From NCBI GenBank assembly GCA_965243025.1, contig CBDETY010000003.1, positions 2,400,001-2,464,000 of the forward strand: DNA of 64,000 nucleotides. Direction: 5' to 3'. Below the pieces are notes generated by a model, which saw only the letters and a program-made list of their open reading frames with translations, made no database searches and was not told the origin of the DNA. The position numbers were made by a program, and so were the translations under genes. This document shows, one piece after another, positions 1 through 8,100 of the stretch (positions are counted from its first letter, which is position 1; each line of letters starts with the position of its first letter). Source of the DNA: Candidatus Latescibacterota bacterium (GTDB lineage: Bacteria; Latescibacterota; UBA2968; UBA8231).

Positions 1-1
1 G

Positions 2-1003
2 AAAATCCTCGACCACATCGCGCCGCAGCCGGACGGCACCCTGCGCTGCCTGGCCAGCCGGTTCCTCACCGGCAAGCCGGTCGGTGTCTTCAACTACAAC
101 GGCAGGCGCCGGGACGACCCCAACGACCGGGTCGACCACGAGCACCGGCGCGAGCTGCGCGGCCTGCGCGTCATCGGCTCCTGGCTCAACGATGCCGACC
201 GCCGGGCCGCCAACACCCTCGACATGTACGTGACCGGGGAGGCCGGCCGCCGCTACGTCCGCCACTACCTGATCGACATGGGCTCCGCCCTCGGCAGCGG
301 CAGCTGGAGACCGCACCAGCCCAAGCACGGCAACGAGTACATGGTCGACCCGCGCACGATCCTGCGGTCGCTCCTGTCGCTGGGGTTCTACATGAAGAAG
401 TGGGAAGAGCCGGTGCCGATGCCGTACACCTCGCTCGGTTATTTCGAGAACGAGACGTTCAGTCCCGGGGGATGGGTGCCGGACTATCCCAACCCCGCCT
501 TCGAGCGCTGCACCGCCCGGGACGGGTACTGGGGCGCCAAGATCGTCATGGCCTTCCGCGACGACGAGATCCGCGCCATGGTCGAGCGGGGGCGCTACTC
601 GGATCCGGGCGCCGCCGACGAGCTGACCCGTCTGCTGGCGGAGCGGCGGGACATGATCGGGCGCTACTGGTTCGAACGCGTCAACCCGCTGGACCGCTTC
701 GAAATCGAGGGGGGCCGGCTGCGGTTCGCCGACCTCGCCGTGGATGGGGGGCTGGCGCCGCGCGCCTCGCGGCAGTGGCGGTGTGCTGTCGTCGCTGCCG
801 ACGGGGACGAGGCTGGCGAGCCGCGGCGGCTGACCGGGCCGGTCGTCCCGGTCGGCGAGGAGGCGCGGCCCGGGCAGTTCTTCGGCTACCGGCTGCAGAG
901 CCGCAGCGGCGACAGGGGGAGCTGGAGCAAGGATACCACGGTGTTTCTCTACAAGCACGAGGACGGCCGTCTGCAACTGGTGCAGATCGACCGCGAGGAG
1001 TGA
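2..1003 (+). CDS. Atypical (HipA/PI3K-PI4K/CotH-like) kinase-fold protein, 5'-truncated by the window edge; paralog of 42353..44029
   Basis: Frame is open from base 2 (KILDHIAPQPDGTLRCLAS...RELRGLRVIGSWLNDADRRAANTLDMYV...YLIDMGSALG). It is colinear with 43028..44029 at a constant offset of 43026. DxxxxN and IDMG resemble kinase catalytic-loop and DFG motifs. Confidence 0.75.
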   Translation, partial: KILDHIAPQPDGTLRCLASRFLTGKPVGVFNYNGRRRDDPNDRVDHEHRRELRGLRVIGSWLNDADRRAANTLDMYVTGEAGRRYVRHYLIDMGSALGSGSWRPHQPKHGNEYMVDPRTILRSLLSLGFYMKKWEEPVPMPYTSLGYFENETFSPGGWVPDYPNPAFERCTARDGYWGAKIVMAFRDDEIRAMVERGRYSDPGAADELTRLLAERRDMIGRYWFERVNPLDRFEIEGGRLRFADLAVDGGLAPRASRQWRCAVVAADGDEAGEPRRLTGPVVPVGEEARPGQFFGYRLQSRSGDRGSWSKDTTVFLYKHEDGRLQLVQIDREE

Positions 1004-1021
1004 GGAGAAAGGACTAAAGCA

Positions 1022-2455
1022 ATGGACGTTCTGGGGTTCGGTTTTTTTCAGGGTTTCATGCACTACCTCGGCGTGCTGCAATGGCCGCTGGTCGCCGTCT
1101 TCCTGCTCTTCATCGCCTGGCAGATACGGGGGTTCGCCCCGGAAGAGCGGCTGCAGACCGCCCTGATGTTTGCCTACTTCTTCCTGGTGATCACGACCTT
1201 CTGGATCCTCAAGCCGATCAAGAAGGGGCTCTTCATCACCTACTACAAAGGGGTCGGAGGCTTCGACCTGCTGGGCTGGAACCTCGACCCGGCGCAGGCC
1301 GAGCTGCTGGCCAAGGTCCTCAACATGGCGGTCGCCGCCGCGGCGGTCGCGGTCTTCACCCTGCTCGCCCGTTCCTTCCGGCGCCAGCAGCTCACCTTCA
1401 TCCTGTCGGGATTCTTCATCCTCTGTTACCTGGTCTACAGCTTCCTCCTCGACGGTGCCGGCGGCGGCACCGTCTGGACCTTCTACCTGTTCGGCGACCT
1501 GTTCAGCACGTTGATGGTCGCCACCTTCTTCGCCTTCCTCAACGACAGCGTCGATCCCTCTTCCGCCAAGCGTCTCTACGGACTGATCGGTCTCGGGGGG
1601 GTTTCGGGAGGTTTCTTCGGCAGCGCCGTGGTCGGCGTCAACGTCAAGAGCCTGAGCCCGGCGCTGTCCATGTGGCTGTGCCTGGCGATCGCCGTCGCCA
1701 TCGCGCTGATCGCCATGGCAGCCGGCCGGGTGGTCAGCCGCAAGCTGGCGGCGCAGGAACCCGGGGAAAGCAAGGAGGAGGAAGCCTCCGATTCTCAGGC
1801 CGCCCCCGCCGAGAGTCAGCCGCAGGGCAACCCGGCATGGGAAGGGGCGCGGCTCGCCCTGCGCTCCCCTTACTTGTTGTCGGTGGTGGCCATCGTCGGT
1901 CTCTACGAGATGGTCTCCACCATAATGGACTTTCAGTTCACCTCGACGGTGCTGCACTACCTCGAGGGGCCCCAGATCGGAGAGCATTTCCCGCGCGTGT
2001 TCACCTTCACCAACATGGTCGCCCTCGTCGTGCAGCTGTTTCTCACCAGCTTCGTGATGACGCGGTTCGGCGTCGGCACGGCGCTGCTGTTCCTGCCGGT
2101 CGCCGCCCTGCTCGGTTCCGCCGGGTTCCTGATCGCCCCGGTGCTTCTCATGGGAAGCCTGCTGAACACGACCGACAACGGCTTCAGCTACTCGATCAAC
2201 CAGTCGGCGAAGGAAGCCCTCTACGTTCCCACCACGCGGGACGAGAAGTACAAGGCCAAGGCCTTCATCGACATGTTCGTGCAGCGGTTCGCCAAGGCTC
2301 TGGCGGTCGGCCTGAGTCTTCTGATAACGACCCTCTTCGCGGGGTTCTCGAGCATCCGCTGGCTGTCGCTGGTGACCGCGGCCATCCTGGTGCTGTGGAT
2401 CCTCGCCGCCATTTACGCCGGCCGCACCTTCCGCGCGAAGGAAGAAGCAGCCTGA
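1022..2455 (+). CDS. NTT/TLC-family (Npt1/Npt2, ATP/ADP translocase-like) nucleotide transporter
   Basis: About 12 hydrophobic segments; family-typical motifs FFLVITTFWILKPIK, NDSVDPSSAKRLYGLIGLGG, RSPYLL...DFQF and YSINQSAKEALYVPTTRDEKYKAKAFID. Confidence 0.85.
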   Translation: MDVLGFGFFQGFMHYLGVLQWPLVAVFLLFIAWQIRGFAPEERLQTALMFAYFFLVITTFWILKPIKKGLFITYYKGVGGFDLLGWNLDPAQAELLAKVLNMAVAAAAVAVFTLLARSFRRQQLTFILSGFFILCYLVYSFLLDGAGGGTVWTFYLFGDLFSTLMVATFFAFLNDSVDPSSAKRLYGLIGLGGVSGGFFGSAVVGVNVKSLSPALSMWLCLAIAVAIALIAMAAGRVVSRKLAAQEPGESKEEEASDSQAAPAESQPQGNPAWEGARLALRSPYLLSVVAIVGLYEMVSTIMDFQFTSTVLHYLEGPQIGEHFPRVFTFTNMVALVVQLFLTSFVMTRFGVGTALLFLPVAALLGSAGFLIAPVLLMGSLLNTTDNGFSYSINQSAKEALYVPTTRDEKYKAKAFIDMFVQRFAKALAVGLSLLITTLFAGFSSIRWLSLVTAAILVLWILAAIYAGRTFRAKEEAA

Positions 2456-2462
2456 TCCGGCG

Positions 2463-3416
2463 TCAGGGGCGCTGCTTCGGCAGATTCAGCGGGGGCTGCG
2501 GCGGCTCTTCTTCGCCGGGGGGATGCTCGAGCGTGACGTGGCGGTAGGCGAACTCGATCCGGTCGTTCCGGTTGAAGGCCTCGATGACTCTCCCAAGAAT
2601 GTCACTGGCGATTCGTTCCCGATCGACCGCTATGGACTGGTACCGCACCCGCATGGTGATCCCCGAATGGAAGAGCTCGGCCCGGACAAAGGGCGTCTCC
2701 CCGGTCTCCTCGATGATTTCCCGGGTCACCTCGGTGGCGCAGTCGATGAGGGTCTGCTCGACCGATCGAAAATCCGAGCGATAGGAGACCCGCACCGGCA
2801 CCTCATCGAGAATGTACTTGGCCTCCTCGAGAGAGTCCGTGTCCGCGTAGTTGATGACCATCTGGTCGAACAGCAATGCATTGGGGATCAGGATAATCCG
2901 CTTGGATGCTTCTTCCCCGGGGATGGTCCCGCCCACTTCCCCCAGCAGAATGTGGCTGGGACTGATGTCGAGCACGTCGCCCGTCACCTCCTGAAAGATG
3001 ATGCGGTCACCGATCTGGAAGGGCCGCTTCATCATGACCATGATCCAGGCGGCCACCCCGGTCACGGGCCGTTGCAGGGACCAGCCCATGAGCATGCCGA
3101 GGAAGCCCAGGCCCAGTCCCATGGCAGCGAATGAACCCGACAGGCTGATGACCAGGAGGATGATCCCTGACAGCACGAAGGCGTACTTCAGCAGGGAGTG
3201 GGCCCTGTGGACCTGGACCTCGCGGCGACCCTGGCGCCGCATGGCCCCCAGGACGAAGCGTTTGGTGATCCTGTAGATGAGCACCGTAACCGTCAGCACC
3301 AAGGCGCCCGGGAGGAGATAGACGATCACGTCCACGACATCCCTGCCCATTTCGGGGACGTGATGGGCGACCCATCCCTGCGTGGTGTCCACCAGGCTGG
3401 CTACTTCCTCGTTCAT
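2463..3416 (-). CDS. mscS: Small-conductance mechanosensitive channel (MscS family)
   Basis: Three N-terminal TM segments, Gly-rich pore helix, KRPFQIGDRI...GDVLDI and IPNALL motifs. Confidence 0.85.
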   Translation of the reverse strand: MNEEVASLVDTTQGWVAHHVPEMGRDVVDVIVYLLPGALVLTVTVLIYRITKRFVLGAMRRQGRREVQVHRAHSLLKYAFVLSGIILLVISLSGSFAAMGLGLGFLGMLMGWSLQRPVTGVAAWIMVMMKRPFQIGDRIIFQEVTGDVLDISPSHILLGEVGGTIPGEEASKRIILIPNALLFDQMVINYADTDSLEEAKYILDEVPVRVSYRSDFRSVEQTLIDCATEVTREIIEETGETPFVRAELFHSGITMRVRYQSIAVDRERIASDILGRVIEAFNRNDRIEFAYRHVTLEHPPGEEEPPQPPLNLPKQRP

Positions 3417-3869
3417 CGTCGGTTCCTTTTCGCTCGATGGTTATTTATGAGGACTACTTGAAAGTTTACACGTCATCCAAGGGGTAATGCCCCCATCACT
3501 GTAACCTGATTTACCGGCCTCCGTAAAAATACCTTTGGTAACTTCCGTTTCACGGAGACGGGCACCGAAGGCATCATGGCCCCGCGACCCCCCCGGCTCC
3601 CCCTCTCACAACTGCCATCCGCTGTTCTTTGAGCCTTCCGTCTGCAAGCTACCGGGACGGAAACAGCGCGTCAACGGAACCGGGAAGTTCGTCTCCGTAT
3701 ACGGAAATGCCGCCGGATACAAGGACGATCCGGATGCCCGGAACGAGACCGCTCAGGGACTGATCCTTCCAGGATAAACCTCCTCATACGCGGTAACATC
3801 TTCATGCTGCCCGACTTCCGGATGGGCCGGGGAGATTCGCGTTCGGAGGGAGTCGGTTTCGCTGAGAAA

Positions 3870-3902
3870 GGGGACAGTAACTGTCCCCCCAATTTTTTTT
3901 TT
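3870..3902 (+). terminator. Possible intrinsic terminator (GC hairpin followed by T10), overlapping the first box
   Basis: GGGGACAG-TAA-CTGTCCCC stem, then CCAA, then ten T (3893-3902). Confidence 0.35.
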
Positions 3903-3933
3903 ACCTGTTGCACACAACGGACACCCCCTGTCC
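3870..3933. promoter_or_regulatory. Two palindromic GGACA-N5-TGTCC boxes, candidate operators of the WYL regulator
   Basis: GGACA-GTAAC-TGTCC at 3872-3886 (inside the perfect palindrome GGGGACAGT-A-ACTGTCCCC, 3870-3888) and GGACA-CCCCC-TGTCC at 3919-3933; both lie within 100 bp of the WYL start. Confidence 0.6.
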
Positions 3934-3969
3934 CCTTGGAGCCCATCTTTATCGGGGGGAGGAGAAACA

Positions 3970-4956
3970 ATGCTCATATCAGATGCGATCCACAAAGCGG
4001 ATCGGCTCGAACAGATCAAGGTACTGTTTCGGCGGCGGCCCGAAGGGGTAGGAACCGGGGAAATCGCCCGACTTTTGGGGGTGAGCCAACGGACGGCCCG
4101 GCGCTATGTGAAGGAGCTGTCGGAGCGGGGACGGCTCCCGGTATACCGGGAGGGCCGCGTCTGGAGGCTGGTGGAAGGCGGGCACATCGACCTGCTTCGC
4201 ATCCAGCTGAACCTCGACGAGGCCCTCTCGCTCTACCTGGCGGCGCGGATGCTGTCGGCCTACAGCGACAAGCACAATCCACATGTGGTTGCGTCCCTGC
4301 TCAAGCTCGCCGCAACCCTGCCCGACGCCATCGGAGAGCACGTCGAGCAGGCGGCCGTGGCTGTTTCCCAAAGGCGGCTTGCCCCGGACTACCTGAAAGT
4401 TCTGGAAGGCCTTACCCGGGCATGGGCGGGCCGGCGGCAGGTGCAGCTGGTTTATCGCGATCCCATCACCGGGGAGCGCTCCGAGCGCCTGTTCGATCCC
4501 TTCTTCATCGAGCCCTCCTTCGTGGGCTATTCCTGTTATGTGTTCGGGTTCGATCACTTCCGCCAGGCGATCCGCTCATTCAAGGTCGAGCGGCTGGAAG
4601 ATGTAGAGGTGCTCGATACCCGCTTCGAGCCTCTGCCGGACTTCGACCCCTACGACTACCTCAAGCACTCCTGGGGAATCAGGGGCGGCGACGAGGTAGT
4701 GGAAGTGAAGCTGCGCTTTTCCAGAAACGCGGTCTACCGGGTGAATGAATCGGACTGGCCCGGGGTTGTTGCCCACGAGGAAGACCGGGAGGGGCGCTGT
4801 ACGCTGACGTTCCTGGTCAATCACGTCCTGGAAATCAAGTCCTGGATCAGGGCATGGGGACCGGAGTGCGAGGTGCTGTCCCCGGAGGAATTGCGCCGGG
4901 AGATCGGGGAGGAGATGAAGGCAGCGAGGGAACTGTATGCAGACAACGAGGAATGA
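3970..4956 (+). CDS. HTH-WYL-WCX transcriptional regulator (PafB/BrxR/CapW-like)
   Basis: N-terminal wHTH (EIARLLGVSQRTARRYVKEL), WYL core (RLFDPFFI...CYVFGFDHFRQAIRSFKVERL), WCX end (SWIRAWGPECEVLSPEELR); RBS GGAGGAG. Confidence 0.93.
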   Translation: MLISDAIHKADRLEQIKVLFRRRPEGVGTGEIARLLGVSQRTARRYVKELSERGRLPVYREGRVWRLVEGGHIDLLRIQLNLDEALSLYLAARMLSAYSDKHNPHVVASLLKLAATLPDAIGEHVEQAAVAVSQRRLAPDYLKVLEGLTRAWAGRRQVQLVYRDPITGERSERLFDPFFIEPSFVGYSCYVFGFDHFRQAIRSFKVERLEDVEVLDTRFEPLPDFDPYDYLKHSWGIRGGDEVVEVKLRFSRNAVYRVNESDWPGVVAHEEDREGRCTLTFLVNHVLEIKSWIRAWGPECEVLSPEELRREIGEEMKAARELYADNEE

Positions 4957-5041
4957 TCGAAATCGGCGTCGGTGGGCGTGCCCGCCACCCTGGAAACAAG
5001 CGGCGATGCGCCATGGATCCGTGACTGTCGAATAACCCGCT

Positions 5042-5068
5042 CCTGCCTTTTAGAAACCGCAAGGCAGG
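5042..5068. terminator. Hairpin downstream of the WYL gene
   Basis: Inverted repeat CCTGCCTT...AAGGCAGG with an 11-nt loop; no clear U-tract. Confidence 0.25.
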
Positions 5069-5137
5069 GCTGAAAACCTCTTCTGCCAATTACGCAGCAG
5101 ATATCCCGAAAGGGCACATGCACGGGGAATTGACCTC

Positions 5138-8100
5138 ATGAAGGTTGCGATCGGCTGTCTCGTATGGTTGTTGTCGAGCCTGCAGGCGGAGGCCGAGCCC
5201 TTGGTCGAGGGCCGGGTGAGACTGGCCTCGGGGGATCCCGCCGCCGGGGCTCAGGTGCTGCTGTTCGATCTGAACGACCTGCGCCTGGCGCCGGCCGTGG
5301 CGACGACGGATGAGGCGGGATACTTCTCTCTGCCATTCGGGGGATTGCGGGGGCGGGTGCCGGTCCTGCCGGAGCGGTTCGAGCTGGGCCATAACTACCC
5401 CAATCCGTTCAATCCTTCCACCATCATCCCCTACCAGCTGCCGGCCCCGACCCGGTTGCGGCTCGAGATCTTCAATATCCTCGGACAGCGGGTGACGACC
5501 CTGGTCGACGGGGAACGTCCGGCCGGTTTTCACACCGCCCGCTGGGACGCCACCGATGCGGCGGGGCGGGCGGTGGCCGCGGGAGTCTACTTCTACCGGC
5601 TGAAAGGGGACGGGGTTCACCTGACTCGGCGCATGGTGTTGATCGACGGGCAGGCCGGGATTCCTTCGGCCGGGGGGAGCGGTCCATCCACCGCCGCCGG
5701 GGAGGAGGTGGAAACGCCCCCGGTGGTCGGGTTGACCGTCTCGGGAGAGGGGCTGGTCCCCTACCTCGACCCGGCCTTCCGGGTAGAGCCTGGAATGGCG
5801 CCCGTGGAGGTTGTCGTCGAAGCCCTGGGCGGGGTCCGGCATGGGAAGGTGGCCTCCAGCGGAATCCTGGGGGACGTCGACAACAACAGCCGGGTCGACA
5901 TTTTCGACGCCCTGCTGGTTGCCGTGTACAGCGCCAATCCCAGCCTCGTCATGCCGAACAACGGGGATATAACCCTCGGCGACGTCAACCGGGACGGCCG
6001 CACGGATCTCACCGACGCCTACCACATCGCCGCCTACACAGTCGATCCCTCAGACCCGACGCTGCCTCCAGGAATAGGGGAAGCCCTGGTCCAGGGGACG
6101 GGGACCGCATCGCTGTCCCCCCCGCCCTCCACCGTCTCCTTCGAGGACGACGGAGCATGGCACCGGTTTACGGTCCGGGCAGGCGAGTCGATCGTGGTGG
6201 TTGCCAACCCCACCGGAACCACCCCGCGCGTGGAGATCAACGCCACCAGCGGTTCCAATTACTGTCCGGCCGAAGCCGAGGACGACCGGGCGCGCCAGGA
6301 CGGCGAGGAAGTCTACCTCGCCGGCTGCTCCTCTGGAACGGGTACAGTTGAACTGCGGCGGGCGTCCGACCAGACCGTTCTGCAGACCTATACCTTCACG
6401 ATACGGGGACAGGGAACAGGTGGAGGGGGCGGCGGCACCGGCCCCGACCTGGTCGTCGAGCCCCCTGCGGTCAGCAACAGCAGCCCCACTGCCGGAGCCT
6501 CCTTCACCCTGAGGGCCAGAGTCCGCAACCAGGGAGCCGCCCGGTCCAGCTCGACCACCCTGCGCTACTACCGCTCCACCGACGCCACCGTTTCCACCAG
6601 CGACACCCAGGTCGGAACCGACCCGGTCAGCAGCCTGTCCGCCTCCCGCACCAGCTTCGAGTCGATCAGCCTGCGCGCCCCCTCCAGCGCCGGCACCTAC
6701 TACTACGGGGCCTGCGTCGAGAGCGTCAGCGACGAAACCGATACCGGAAACAACTGCTCCGCTTCCGTAACCGTTACCGTGGGAGCGGCCCCTGCCCCGG
6801 ATCTCGTCGTCGAGACCCCTACGGTCAGCAACGGCAGCCCGACCGCCGGAGCCTCCTTCACCCTGAGGGCCAGGGTCCGCAACCAGGGAAACGGCCGGTC
6901 CAGCTCGACCACCCTGCGCTACTACCGCTCCACCGACGCGACGGTCTCCGCCAGCGACACCGAAGTCGGCACCGATCCGGTCAGCAGCCTGTCCGCCTCC
7001 CGCACCAGCTCCGAGTTCATCAGCCTGCGCGCCCCCTCCAGCGCCGGCACCTACTACTACGGAGCCTGCGTCGAGAGCGTCAGCGGAGAAACCAATACCG
7101 GAAACAACTGCTCCGCTGCCGTCACCCTGACCGTGGGCGCCGCACCCGCCCCGGATCTCGTCGTCGAGACCCCTACGGTCAGCAACTCCAGCCCGGCCGC
7201 CGGAGCCTCCTTCACATTGAGGGCCAGGGTCCGCAACCAGGGAAACGGCCGGTCCAGCTCGACCACTCTGCGCTACTACCGCTCCACCGACGCGACGGTC
7301 TCCGCCAGCGACACCCAGGTCGGAACCGACCGGGTCAGCAGCCTGTCGGCTTCCCGGACCAGTTCCGAGTCGATCAGCCTGCGCGCTCCATCCAGCGCCG
7401 GCACCTACTACTACGGAGCCTGCGTCGAGAGCGTCACCGGAGAAACCAATACCGGAAACAACTGCTCCGCTTCCGTCACCCTGACCGTGGGCGCCGCACC
7501 CGCCCCGGATCTCGTCGTCGAGGCCCCTACGGTCAGCAACTCCAGCCCGGCCGGCGGAGCCTCCTTCACCCTGAGGGCTACGGTCCGCAACCAGGGTGCC
7601 GCCCGGTCGGGCTCGACCACCCTGCGCTACTACCGCTCCACCGACGCCACCGTTTCCACCAGCGATACCGAAGTCGGCACCGACCCGGTCAGCAGCCTGT
7701 CCGCCTCCCGCACCAGTTCCGAGTCGATCAGCCTGCGCGCCCCCTCCAGCGCCGGCACCTACTACTACGGGGCCTGCGTCGGGAGTGTCAGCGGAGAAAC
7801 CAATACCGGAAACAACTGCTCCGCTGCGGTGGCCGTAACCGTGCCCGGAACCGTCACTCAGCCGCCCCCCCAACCGGGAGTGGCGAAGCTGTACTGGTCG
7901 GACTGGGGCACGGACAAGATCCAGCGCGCCGACCTCGACGGCTCCAATGTCGAAGACCTGGTAACAGGCGCCGGACTGGACGGCCCGGACGGGCTGTCCC
8001 TGGATCTGGCCGGCGGCAGGATCTACTGGGCGGATGCCGGCACCAACAAGATTCAGCGGGCCAACCTCGACGGCTCGGGGGTAGAGGACCTCGTCACCGG

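Noticed and set aside
3650-3810. Decayed response-regulator receiver fragment on the minus strand (MLPRMRRFIL; PGIRIVLVSGG...VDALF in another frame)
   Set aside because: Resemblance is short, split across frames and lacks the conserved Asp and Lys-Pro; it cannot be supported without a TBLASTN/HMM search.
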